From Chrysomallon squamiferum (Eukaryota; Animalia; Mollusca), in the NCBI GenBank assembly GCA_012295275.1, contig CM022671.1, positions 29,574,001 to 29,638,000 on the forward strand: a DNA stretch of 64,000 nt, read 5' to 3'. The position numbers and the translations under genes are program-made. The notes beneath the pieces were generated by a model that saw only the letters and a program-made list of their open reading frames with translations, did not search any database and had not been told where the DNA came from. Positions 12,437-25,960 of the stretch are shown piece by piece (within the stretch, counting starts at the first letter, position 1; each line of letters opens with the position of its first letter).

Positions 12437-14595
12437 AAACGTTGATAAAGAAATTATAATATCTTAACCCATGTACACATTCAGATATTATTCACATGCC
12501 ATTTTAGTGACTTCAAAATTTTCTTTTAAATCCACTTTTTAAAATGAAATACAAATATGATTTGTTTTTAACAATCTTTAAGAGTTCTGTTATTCCATTT
12601 ATGAGATATTATTAGACAGTAATCTTTGTTTTCCTGTCCCTTGAAGCTCTGTTAATCTTCTTTTTTGGAAATTTAAAAACACACAATGATACACATTTAT
12701 TTCCTTTTAACAATTCACAAAAAGCTCTTCTAAGTCTTTCTTCTTTTTTTAAATCAACTTTAAACTTGCAAGACTTATTTCTATTTAACAATCTACTGGA
12801 ACACCACTGTCATCTTCATGTTACGTTTTCTTCACAAAACAGGCTTAGTGTGTCTAGTATCACATTGTCCTTGTTCAATATTTTAAATAACATACACAGT
12901 GGTGAATTACAACACAATAGTCTACAGGTATACTGCTGATATTTATTACCCTACTTCACCTTGTACTGAGTGCTTCCATTCCCAGAACTACACTACAAAT
13001 ATAAAAAGAAAGAAATAATACACATTCAGATCTTTTGTATTTTTATACACATATGAATTAGACAACAGATGGTATAAATCAGTAAGCATGGTACATTATG
13101 AACTGCAAACCATTCTCACCTGGCAGTTTCTCAATTGTATAGTGATATGGGTTTTTATTTTACAGCTAGCCAAAGAGGATACCCTGCAACTATAAGGTCC
13201 TTGATTTATGTTTGAAAATACTTCCTAGTCCAATGAGATTTTAACAGATCATTTACAAAACAGTTTGACATTTAAAACAAAATAAACTGTCAATCAGATA
13301 AAAAAAAAAGTGAAGACCTTGTTTAAGACACTTTTTAACTACTGGTGATAGTTAAATACCTTACTCTATTTTTTGAAACTTTATATGTGTTATATTTTAT
13401 ATATCTGCTGTCTGTGTTTGTGTGTGTGTGTTTGTGTGTTGTGTTTATAGATGTGTTCCATTTCTTTTAATATGTAATGAACTTTATCATATAGTATATA
13501 CATATACATTTTCATGTGTGTGTGTATATCTAAGCATATACATCTGCATAAATACACACACAAATGCACACACAAACACACTTATATACATATTTAAATG
13601 TACATTACATACAAATAAAATATTTATTTATGTAACCTGAACCATCAAAAACACATTATCACAAAAGCTTGTTACATACCATTAAATCTCATTACATGCA
13701 TATTGTTAGGCTTTGTCCTCAATATAAACAAGAACTAAAACCCATTGTTAACAACAGGTACAGCCTGAATAACCAAAAATATACACACACCCAATTGTGT
13801 GCAGCATAATATCATCGACTCAATGGTAATTTTAGAAGAAAAAAACAGGGAAAAAACAAAACAAACTAGGAGGTTCTGAATTTTCTATTCTATACTGTAA
13901 AACATGAAATTAATACATGAATTAAATTATATGCCATCAAATCACCGCAAGAAATGTATGTAATAATTAATAAGATAACCTTAAAATATTTTATTTTAAT
14001 TTTTGTTTCCCCAAATAACATAATACTCAAATTAATATGTCGGTGGAATAAACACATTTTCCACAATAATTAAACTTACACATTATTTTCAAGGTTTGCA
14101 GTCTTTGTTTTGGGAGCATTTTTTTCAATTAATTTATACATGCTTATATTGTAAAGGTAACGTCAGAGACCTTCTACTAAATACTTGACTCTGTGTGTGT
14201 ATGTGTGTGTGTGTGTCTGTGTGTGTGTGTTTGAATTATGTGTTTGATTAATATCACTTGTTTTAAATTAAACAAGATAAACTAAATACTTAACTAAATA
14301 GATTCAGAAATCATAAAATTATTTACTTAAAAGAAAAAAGATGTCTAAAGGGGAGTCTAACATACGCCCTTTTTCTTCACCATCAGGTGAAAATGGGGTC
14401 CAGTTTTCCCTGCTTTCCCCTAATCTGTCAGTAGAATGACTGTTTACAAATGCACTGGCTACTAGTTTTAAGTCAGTGGAATCTATGACATATTTAAAAA
14501 GTTATAAATCATACATTTTCCTTAATTTTCTTTAACAATGGAATGCCCTTTTTGTTTTAATGTATTTTAAGCTAACAGACAGCTATAAATGATGG

Positions 14596-14628
<33 letters not shown>

Positions 14629-17274
14629 TCGAAAAATACATATAACTACTAAGAGTACAAATCAGTCACATACACAAACAGACACAAGCTTACTTGTATA
14701 AAAAAACAAAAACAAAAATGTTTCACCTGTTACATTATACAGTTTATTCTTGCTTAAAAAATAACTATGTTAACATGAATTGTTTTATGTATATATCATC
14801 ATCATCAGTGTGTGCTGGTAAACAAATCAACACAGTGATGACATTTGGAAATTTCTATGTAACTGAATAGATGACCTTTATTTTGTGAAACAAAAGTCTC
14901 ATGAAAACACTATATTGACCTTTTGATTAGCTACTTGACATATGTATTCCCAATTCAGATAAATTTAAACAGTACTGTTGTGCTTATAAACATATATATA
15001 GAAAAAAATGTGTATAAAATAAAGTAGTCAGTAATTTGTCTTGCAGTAAAATATAATTATATAGTTATGTCATTACTGAAAGTATATAATGACAACTGGA
15101 AACAACAATACAATGTTTTTTAAAGATATTTTTTATGTAATTATTTCAGGGTAATAAATAATGATGTTGATTCACTTATAAAAATTATTAAAATTACTGA
15201 AAAGTTATCCAGACAAAGTATATCATGTGCATCATTCCTCTTTCTAATAATAAATATTTGTTGATAATTAACAGAAAATTATAAAAGGCCATGAAATAAT
15301 TGTTCAAAAGATAAATTTATTTCTATTTAACAAGTAAAGCAAACCTATAACAAAATATAACAATACTGAATGGTTTTTAACAACCATCTGGCTTTTAAAA
15401 AATATGTTTGTTGATAATTAAGAAAATTCTAAAATATTCATCTTCCAGTTCCACAAACACGCTTATATAATCTGTGAAAATTTGTTTTTATATATTTCTA
15501 AAAATTTCTAAAAATTGGGTGCATAAAATAAAGTTTGTATATACTAAACAATCTGAAAACTGATATCATATCACTATTTCTGCTGCTCAGAAAAGGTTCC
15601 AGATTTCAGATTCATTCAAATGGTCATAAGGGATCTTCAATCAAAGCATAACTTAGGTTAGTATGTACACCAATTGTGGTAATTGAATGATCCATACATA
15701 AACATTGGATGATGTCGTTTATTTGCCAAGTGAATAGTGATAGTGCATTTTGACAGTTTTATAGATTTTTTTTTACCTATGTACTGTCAGTAAAACAAAA
15801 CAAAATTGAGTAAAACGTCCTAAACTTTAGAACTGTCAATACATTCTATTCTTTGATTCAAGATATAAATATTAATTATTTATTTTTGCACTTTCAGCGT
15901 TGCCTTCATTCTGTCAGTATAAAATCATTAAACTAAAAAATATAATATACAACTGGCAAATCATTTTTTATTTTTTATTTTTTAAATACGTAGGCTTAGC
16001 AGGCGTAATACTAGTGGTGATGTGTTTCTCATTCTCATGATTCTGGCAAATAAAAATATTCGATCTTGAACATTTCAGCATAATCAGGATCATTTAGCGT
16101 TTTTTGTTCAGTAACAGCTCTAATACGAACAACTCAAACATTAAAAATCGCTTAATAAATAATGAAGTGCAGTGAGTAAACTATCTACACCTTCCTAATT
16201 GCAATGTGAATACTTACAATTCAAAGAAAACTTTTCACACTTGGGTTATTGCTCCACTGGTACTCTAAGCGTAGTTTATTCGCGTTTTAAAACTATTCTT
16301 AATGCGTAGCGCATTTCAGAATTGGTCAGTATATTGCCTTGTCACGCGTTTAGACAATTGGAGATGATTTGGCATAATCATGATAATGATAATCGTGAAA
16401 ATGAATAAACACTTTATATAATAAAATACTTTAATGTTATGTATTTAATAATTAACTGAATTTTCATTATAATTTAAAAAAATAATAAATTAGTATAAAT
16501 TATTTTTATTTAACATTTGTTTTTTCTACATAATATATTATGTAATAATGTAAAGCTTATGTTTTAGTTGCTTACTACATGCATAATGATATATAAAATG
16601 TATATATGTGTAAATTGAAAATTGGCAGAATATAGTTTCTGATTTTGTTATAATAATTTGAGCTAGTTATTATATATTTTTAAACAAAGATTTAAAAAAA
16701 AACATTAGCAGTAGACGTAACCTTTATTAATTAGCGTATGTGAAGAAGTGAATCATTTTATCAAATCAGAGAACAATTTTATAAAAACAATAACAATTTT
16801 ATATGAACATATAATTTTAATGAGTACACAAGAAATAGATGGTGGAAGTTCTAAAACTTCTCGTCAATTCTGTTTTTATCACTTCTGCTTACTACATTTA
16901 TGATTCTGCTCGTGTTTTCACTGCATGAAGATGATTGATAGACGTCTGCTCTTATTATTACTGATTGTCCCCCTTGTTCAATGTTAGTATCGCAGCAGCT
17001 GTAAAATGTGGAATGTTATAAATAATGTAAAGCGAAATGTATCAAGTTGAATATAAAAATTCTAAATTAAATTAAAATGTTAATCTCGAGTTAATCTCTT
17101 GAACATGTTCCGCATTTCGAAATGCATGTATGCAGATCCGTGTAAAGCCAGTAACTAGCCCAGACCAGAGGTAAATAATTGCTCAGTAAATATTAAAAAC
17201 GTTTGTGTTTGTAATCGGTGCCAGTCGATGTCAGCGGACGGCGCGATCTGTATCTATCATCATCATCATCATCA

Positions 17275-17312
<38 letters not shown>

Positions 17313-19107
17313 GTTATTATTATTTTCTACTATCCACTTACCTTGGCATGTCCATTAGCTAAATGCGTTGATGAATTTGTAATTAATAACGCTGGCTTAA
17401 TATTTGTTACCTAGTTGTTTACCTAGTGGATAAAGAGAGTACTATATCGGGACCTAGAGCAGCAACAGATGCAAACAATTTAAATTGTAAGAGGCTCCAG
17501 AGCTACTTAAATAAACACTAAAAATAATAATTATGGTTATGTGGAAACATTATATTTTATGGTTTTGAGCATTGTTGCTTTAGTTCTGCAGTTATCTAGT
17601 TATTTAAGGGTAAAAATATAATAATGTTCTATTATTTGCTTCTTAATAGCATGAACCAACAGGAACGATAACTCCTAACTACACAAATTACGTCTGCTCA
17701 AAAAATGGCTCCAGATTTCTTCAATTTAATGGGTACAAATTACGCCTGAATGTTGTTTTTTTTTTTTTTTTTTTTTTTTGGTGGATTCTGACACGGGGAA
17801 CATTTGCCATCTAAAAAAGTTAATACATTAATCTTACAAACAAAATTATCATTTCAGTTATTATGCACGCGTTTGCACGAAAATAATCCAGTTTGAAAAG
17901 TTTCATTAAGGTAAAAATGTAGTTAGGAAAGGTGTTATACATCATGGTTTTGTAATATGAACAACTATCCATATCTTTATTAGTGTAAATCATAAAAAGT
18001 AAAATTGCTGAATTTGGAAATTTAAAGCCCTGATACGGTCATTTCCAATCGAAATTAAAGACTTCATACCACCCCGTAACCATATATATATATATATTTC
18101 AAATATTATTCCGACATGGCCAAAAAAAAAAAAAAAAAAAAAAAACCTTGTTGTAAAACAATACTTGAAACCATTATAATACTTTTTTATATTATTTATT
18201 TCCATATTTCCATTTTCAATGCATTAAAGGTTATATTTACATGTAAAAAGCATAACATCACGTGTTATTTGGATGATTGCCTTGATAAATTTATTACAGT
18301 GTTTGATACCAGTTTTGGGACAGAAAATATATATATATATATATTTTTTTTTTTTTTAAAGGTCCATCAGCCGCCCATAAAAAAAAAAAAAAAATAGTTA
18401 AAAATTAATTTTCCCACTCTTTTTCGTTAAAACAAAAAGGATTCATCTTCTAAAACCTGTACTGTTATTAGTTTCCTATTTGAATTTGTTTTTAAAATCA
18501 AAAAACCATTGGTCCATGCTATACTTAATTTTACGCATGGCTGAAAGGATGTTTTAACTGTCCAGGATATCGGGCGTAACGTAATGGGCGAGAAATGAAG
18601 TAAATTATTATTCAGTGTTCTGTAATAGCTATTTACAGTCATATAACGTATAATATCAATACAAGCACGTTCTGGTGACAGTTATTACAATAATTTGAAC
18701 AAATTCATGATTATTGTTTGATTGATTTATTCTTAATCACGTGTTGTCACTCAGGAAACACACGGCGCATGTCTTACCAAATGAGATAAATACTGATATG
18801 TGAAAAACATTTCTCTTATCACAAACAGCAATTTAAAAAAGATAATAATAAATAAATAAAAAGAGTATATTACTCATAACGAATTTGGTGGATAGCAAAC
18901 AAATATTCACCAATTTTCCAGAAAAAGTATGTTACTGCTTTTTAGTATACATAAATGAAAAGTTAAAAACTTTTTTTTTAGAAGAGTATATAATGCAATA
19001 AATAGTATACACTTATGTACATATCATGGGTGTAACTAGAATGTTTTTGAAATTAGGCAAAAAAAGTTAAATTTGGACTTGACAGATACAAAATCCTCGA
19101 TTCTAGA

Positions 19108-19190
19108 CACTTCCTGTTTGATGTCTGACGTCTTTGAAGTCAGTTATGTCTTTCATTGCAACGATGTCGGTAGACTTCAAACGGTAATCT
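19108..19190 (+). promoter_or_regulatory. Candidate promoter or orphan first exon
   Basis: ETS-like ACTTCCTG and CRE-like TGACGTC, then ATG TCG GTA GAC TTC AAA CG|GTAATC in a CpG-containing patch. No downstream exon identified. Confidence 0.25.
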
Positions 19191-20040
19191 TAGACATAAA
19201 CGAATTCATTCAGTGAAAGTAAAATCTTTGTACAATAATAATAAAAAAATGAAAAAATCGTCAATTTCGGTTTGAGGCATTTGCCTCATTTGCCACATAC
19301 TCATTTGTAAGTTTAATAAACTACAAAAAATTATTACGAGGTGGTGTTCATTATGCACTGTGCTTATTGGGCGTTACGTCTTAATTAAAGATTTTTTAGT
19401 TTAATATTTTATCATTGCTGATACTCTGTTATTTATGAAATTATTTCATGATAAAAGAGAAAATGTCAACCTCCTCATCCTTCATACTTATCTGTGATAA
19501 TTTATTATTAAGAACGAATGACTGATATAAAGTCAATTTAAATAAAACACTTCAAAAATCATATTTTGAAAATGATTTAATATTTCAAGTTTTAAACTGA
19601 TTGAAATACGTCGTTGTTATACATGTTTTCAGTCTTCACATAAACCAAAATATTCCTTTAACTAAAAAAGTATAATTACCTGTAGTTTATTTAAATTCTT
19701 TATGACCACATCAAAATTATGAGTTATCTTTATAAATATTACTAGGTATATAAAAGAAAACAAATATTTAAAATTTTCTAAAAAGAAAATGATGATTTAT
19801 TTTTAACACAAGACAAAGAACCTTGCAACATTAATGCAAAAATATACATAAACCAAATGAAGAGTTTTAAAAATGGACAATGAACTGTTTATAGCAATCT
19901 GTATAACACAGGTTTCAAATCATTATTATAACTGCCTTGGAGATTCATACCTGTTATTACCTTAAGCAAAGTGACAGAAAATCTAGATTATTTAACTTGA
20001 GGTAAACAATAAGAAGCATCTCCATTGTGTTAAAATTTGA

Positions 20041-20350
20041 CTATTACACCAAGACTATGTTATTCAGTTTCAGATCATCTAAAATGTTTTAAAATTTCAA
20101 GCAACCACATCAATATTTGGTAAAGCTATCACTCGGAAAATTAAATACTACATTAAAATTCAGGATTCACAGAAAATCATATCTTTGTATTAATATTTAA
20201 CTATTATATCAAGACTATACTCAAAGATATTCAGTTTCAGATCATCTAAAATGTTTTAAAATTTCAAGCAACCACATCAAAGATTGGTATAGTTATCACT
20301 CAGAAAATTAAATACTACAAAAAATTCAGGATTCACATAAAATCATATCT
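20041..20350. repeat. Tandem duplication, two copies of ~160 bp
   Basis: TATTCAGTTTCAGATCATCTAAAATGTTTTAAAATTTCAAGCAACCACATCAA...AATTCAGGATTCACA.AAAATCATATCT occurs at ~20061 and ~20228. Confidence 0.92.
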
Positions 20351-21298
20351 GAAGACATTTACCGTTTGTTACAATGCGGCATTAATACCACAGAGGAAAC
20401 GTAACATTGTTGTAATTAATAATATTATATTTTTAAAAATGTGTAAAGAATAAAAATAAATGTTACAGTATTATTAATAACAACTGTAGTATAAATATCA
20501 AGTAAGTTATACATTTATTGCACTTAATATAATATTATTGATAATGGATGGTCCCAAGTATTGTAGCAATTATGCTGAAACTAGTAGCATACTAATTTGT
20601 ATATGTATATAAACTAGAATATAAATTGTATTGTGCATGAGAGATTCACAGTTAGCTATGATATCTGCTGAGTGAGTCTAAAAACAGTTTCTATTTTATA
20701 TATATATATATCAATACAAAAATGAAAGTGTAAATATTGTAGAATATTATTATTAAATAATGACAAAATGTTTGTTGATGAAATGCTAAAATAATTTAAA
20801 AATTCTACAAATGGTATATAATTTAAGATTATTTTTTTTAAAAGATTACGAATGAAAAAGTATGCATATTTAATAATAATAATATTTATTTAGAATAAAG
20901 CTTTAAAAAGATATAATAAATTGAAAATAGCAATTATAACTAAAAGAAACATTGTAAGAAATTTATCACAGAAAGAAAGAAAATTCAGCTGAATTAAAAT
21001 GCATATGTTTTGGGGTTTTTTCTTTTGCACATTTAATGGAAATATTATAATTTCAGGCACACATGGCATTCAAGGTGCAAACATTTAAAAAAATACTTAG
21101 TTATGATCTATTTATTTTATTTTATTTTTTTTTTAATTTTATTTATGCCAAAGCTATTATTTTGCTATGTGTGTATGTATATATATATATATACACACAC
21201 ACACACATACAAAAGATGGAAAAATTATCATTAAGCTGTTAGATATGTAATAAAACTATTCTTATTGTATATATTGTACTTTATATGTTATCAGTCTA

Positions 21299-21329
<31 letters not shown>

Positions 21330-21659
21330 TTAATTTTTTCTAATAAAACTGATATAATATATTTTGGGACAGTTCTTTCAAAATCTTTTGCATACCCATT
21401 CAATACCTAAAATAAAATGACTTATTTATACGACAATTTTTTTTTCTTAGGCATAAAATATAAAAAAATTAAAGTGAAAAATAAAATACAAATACTTCAA
21501 GTTGTAAGAACATAATTATGAGTTTCTAAAAACAAATTTTTTAAAATATCAACATTATCAGCATTAAAATATAAGTAAAATGTATTGTACATAAAACACT
21601 ACTTGCATAATCCTCAGCCAATGAATTTAAAAATAAAAATGAAAAACAGTGTTGAGTGT

Positions 21660-21793
21660 TTACAAACATTTAAACATTAGTCATAATTATAAATTATGCA
21701 TTATCAGTCTTAAATTAAATTTTTTAAATATTTTTATTATATTTTATAACAGAAGTAAAAAAACCCATATAATATTATTTGGACAATATTCAC

Positions 21794-21833
<40 letters not shown>

Positions 21834-22610
21834 TATGTATGTATGATATGACCAGATGATGAAATAAAGGTAAAAACGATTCTGTCTACCGTGCTACTGA
21901 AAAATCAAAGCAAACTTTGAAATATCAAGTATTATTTTTTCAAAACGAATTTAAAATTGATATATATATATAATTATTTATTTCTATTTTCTTTTTGCAT
22001 AAGCACTGAATATATACGTGTACATATAATGACTTAGTCTGATGACAGAATTTATTTTTGTTTATGTTATAAGTACCCGTTAAAATGTGCATGATATATA
22101 GAATATATATATATATCTTATTAGTTATAAGAATATATGAGTTACTAAAAACTTTTTTTTTTTTTAAACAGATAGAAATTAATGGCATTAAAATACAAGT
22201 GATTTGTTATTTTAAAAACATTGTTCGAATAATAGTCAGACAATGAATTTAGAAATATAAATGAAAAAAATATCAATGAATACAAACATTTAAACATCAG
22301 TCATAAAAAATTATAAATTATGCATCATCAGTATTAAAATAACATTTGAAAATATGTTCATTATATTTTATGGCTGGAATAATAATGAAATAAAATAAAA
22401 TAAACACACACACACACAAAAAAAAAAAATATATGTGACTAAATATTTTCATTATTTGGACAACATTAACATAATCAAAAATTCACAAATACAACAGTAT
22501 ACAAAAAAATGTATATATATGGAGAGACTAGATGATAAAATAAAGCTGAAATCTCAAACAATTTGAGTTATCCTCTTGCTGAAAAGCAAAGCAAACTTTG
22601 AAGTATCAAG
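21660..22610. repeat. Diverged direct repeat pair (~21660-21930 and ~22281-22610)
   Basis: Both copies begin TACAAACATTTAAACAT(T/C)AGTCATAA and end CAAAGCAAACTTTGAA(A/G)TATCAAG. Confidence 0.8.
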
Positions 22611-23834
22611 AAAAACAAAAGCATGTTCTTGGATTTGATAACATGATTAACTTTTTCTCCATGCTGATTAAGTATAAAAAAGTTATTTCCTGGGCCCGAT
22701 CTAGAGGATCAAATTTGAGCTGTGAACCTTTTACACTGGATTTTTAGGTTTTTTACAAATTTATTTAGTTTAAAATAAATCTGCCAGCATCCCTGTTGTA
22801 GCACTATTATATTATGATCCATGTGAACCGTGTGTAATTTTTCTACAGTGCCTTTTCATAATGTTTTGGTGCCCTTTTTATCATGGACTCCCCATTTATC
22901 AGAAAAACTGGTTTAGCCCCAGATTTTTACTGCTAATCAGTTTTTAAAAATAGTTGATCACGTTTGAAAATAAATAATAATTAGCACAAATTATTTTGAT
23001 GAAAAAATACCAAGAAGCAATATTATTCTGATGTATCATTTACATATATACATACATATATATAATTATATATAAAAACATACATAGTAAACAACTATGA
23101 ATTTATATTTTAAAACAGAAGTTTTTCCATTATTATATATGTTGAAAATATAAATTCAAAACTTATTAATGATTTTAAAAAAGAAAAGAATCAAAAATGG
23201 TAAAAAAAACAAAGGAAACATGAAACATCACTGGTACACATGTTAGAGTGAGACAGATTAAATAAAAATAACTGATGGATTTTAAAATAAATATTAGTTT
23301 TTCCTTCATTAATTGATTAAGGAATATAAAAATTATTAATTTTTAAATGCTAGAGAAAATTAAATTAATTACTACAAATAAAGCAGACAATGCAAAGTTT
23401 CTCTGGCTGAATTATGTGAATATAAAAAATAAAATAATCTATATAAACATATCCTATCCTGGTATCTGATATAATACTTTTGAAATTATTAACATGAACT
23501 GTGTTCTGTAAATGTCTAAATAATTAATGTTTCTGATAAATTACAGTAAAATAAAATAATGAGAACAAACATTATATTAAAAAATAATGAGAACAGACAT
23601 TATATTAAAAAATAATCTCATATGAACCAGCAATACTTTAAACTCCATTAATTTCTGAACAAATTCAAAATTATTCCATGTTGATTCGATATCTGAAATT
23701 TCTGATATGTAAATGTCTTGACTTCTGAATTAACATTATAAAACCACTGATATGAAAATAAGTTTAATTTATTTATTTATTATTATTATTATTTTTTGTT
23801 AATGAGAATAGAAAAACACATAAGATTATCATAT

Positions 23835-24689
23835 TCAGTCAATATCAGAATCAAATCGATCCATTACATGGTAATCAAATCTCACACGATTTTCTAAATA
23901 CACCATTTCTGAACCAGTCCCAACATCCACACCACCACAGGGGCAACAGTTTTTCTGTGCGAGCTTGAACACCAGAATCCACATCAGCAGCACCAAGAAA
24001 AACGCAGCCCCACAGTGCCAGGAGAAATACATTGACAACAGCATGGACCTTTCGCCATTATCTTTTATCTGGTGAGGATTGGCGTTAAAAAAATAGAAAA
24101 CCTGCAGGTTCCAGGTTCCCTGGATCAGCACTAGATAGCTCCTCATCAGCGGACAGAGGACCTGATCTGTGTATTTCATCTCCATGGCGATGATCACCAG
24201 CGTGGTGAGGGCTGAAAAGACGTTGAGCTGGTAGAGAGTGGAGAAGGGTTCAGTTGAGACTCGCGACCGACTCGTCAGAATTAAAGCTTCAATGGCAAAG
24301 AATAACATGAGCGCCACATAATCCAGTCCATTGTAGAAAGATTTCTTACTCCAGCTGGCCAATATGTCCATCACTCCTGACACCATCATGAACGTGAACA
24401 GTGTGCCAAACTCAGTGTTTGTTAAGAATACGTCATGATCCAAGGTGTTCTGGTCCAAGCAAAACAGAACAATGGCAACACACAAGCTGCACACTACTTT
24501 AAAAATACCTTCCACAGGATGTTTCTTCAGGGATTCACAACAGGGGAAAGTGACCGAGCTCTGAAAGTCTTGGTGGCGCTGTTTGCTGTGGTAGTATCGT
24601 TTGGTTATCTGTATCATCCACCATGTTGCTATAATAACCAAGAAGCTACCAGAAGCCAGTAGCCCTTCTTGAACCATTTTCATAACCAT
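23835..24689 (-). CDS. TMEM45: TMEM45 family (DUF716) multipass membrane protein, ~284 aa, single coding exon
   Basis: Motifs GSFLVII, PVEG, VSGVMDIL, LMRSYLVLIQGTW, MYFSWH and an acidic C-terminus match TMEM45A/B. Acceptor TTTTCAG at 24715-24709; first ATG at 24689 (the ORF-track start at 24731 is intronic). Confidence 0.85.
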   Translation of the reverse strand: MVMKMVQEGLLASGSFLVIIATWWMIQITKRYYHSKQRHQDFQSSVTFPCCESLKKHPVEGIFKVVCSLCVAIVLFCLDQNTLDHDVFLTNTEFGTLFTFMMVSGVMDILASWSKKSFYNGLDYVALMLFFAIEALILTSRSRVSTEPFSTLYQLNVFSALTTLVIIAMEMKYTDQVLCPLMRSYLVLIQGTWNLQVFYFFNANPHQIKDNGERSMLLSMYFSWHCGAAFFLVLLMWILVFKLAQKNCCPCGGVDVGTGSEMVYLENRVRFDYHVMDRFDSDID

Positions 24690-25785
24690 TACTGGAGATG
24701 AATAAAACCTGAAAATAACATAAAAAAACAAACAAATAATACAACAATACCGTTAAATACTGATGAATTATAATGTTTTAAACATTAAAAAATATTCAAA
24801 TGTTTCTCATTACTGGACAACTATTTCAGCTGAAGTGCAATAAGTATCTCAAATGATCAATCTTCCTTCGATAGTTATTTCAGACTGCACTCCATTGATG
24901 ATTTATCTAAATTTATGATATGAGGTTTCCGAACAATGGGAAGGTGTATATAAAAGATACAGTTCTGCTAAATGATAAATATGTGGTGTCACCATAGTGG
25001 GTTTCTCATATACACAAAAATTACTCTAATTGTTAATATTAAATACACTAGTGATTAGGAATTTATTCTATGTGAGCTTCCAGACCAGTTAACAATAGTT
25101 TTAAAACCAAAAGATGTTACTGAACAAGAACTCACCATTAACGTTTAGGGTTAAAGCCATTATCAGGTTTTGTAACAGATTATTGTAATTTCTAATTTTT
25201 GGTTCATTTCTTATTGTAGCATATTTCACTACCGAACACAAATGTCTATATTAAGCAGCAAATAAGCCTGTGTCCTAATTAACAGCTAATCAAGAGGTTT
25301 AAATAGCACCTGTTGACAATAATCAATAAAAGTTCACGTTTTGTTTACATGGAATGCGAATGCTTCATATTAAAAACTGTATAATGTAATAGATACAGTG
25401 ATGTATCATTTCATGTTTGTAATTACTTGGTTTTGACAATAATTGATAATCGCTGATTAAAAGATGATTATACACTAACAAACATCATGAAATTATCAAG
25501 TGGATTTAAATACCCTGAAGCTGAACTGAGGCTAAACTATTTCGCCAGTGGTTCGTTCCGGCAACGTGACCAGTTATTTTAAAGAATTATATTATTGGCA
25601 ATTTCTGTAATAGTAAATGTTTTCGACTGTGTTACCGCATGTAGATTTAATATTTAATTCAATTACATTTTACACTGCAAATTTACAGTATTATTACAAA
25701 CTCTATTATTAACGGCAGTAGTACAAATGTGACCAATTGTTGTTATCGTAATCGTTGGTCAATATATAGTGTTTAAATACTTTAC

Positions 25786-25960
25786 CTTAAAACTGAAAAA
25801 AAAGTAATACATTCACAATATTTTTTCTTCCATAATTTAAAATTCCTGATATTTAACTGGCACCGATTTGTCCGCCATTGTGCTCTTTGTTATCCAGTCT
25901 TTGCCCTCAAGGCAGATCGCTTCCTGAAAATGCAATCTTGTAATCGCGAATTAACAAGAT
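25786..25960 (-). promoter_or_regulatory. Probable non-coding first exon and promoter of the TMEM45-like gene
   Basis: Minus-strand donor AAG|GTAAA at ~25785; YY1-like CCGCCATT at ~25873; local CpG enrichment. Confidence 0.45.
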
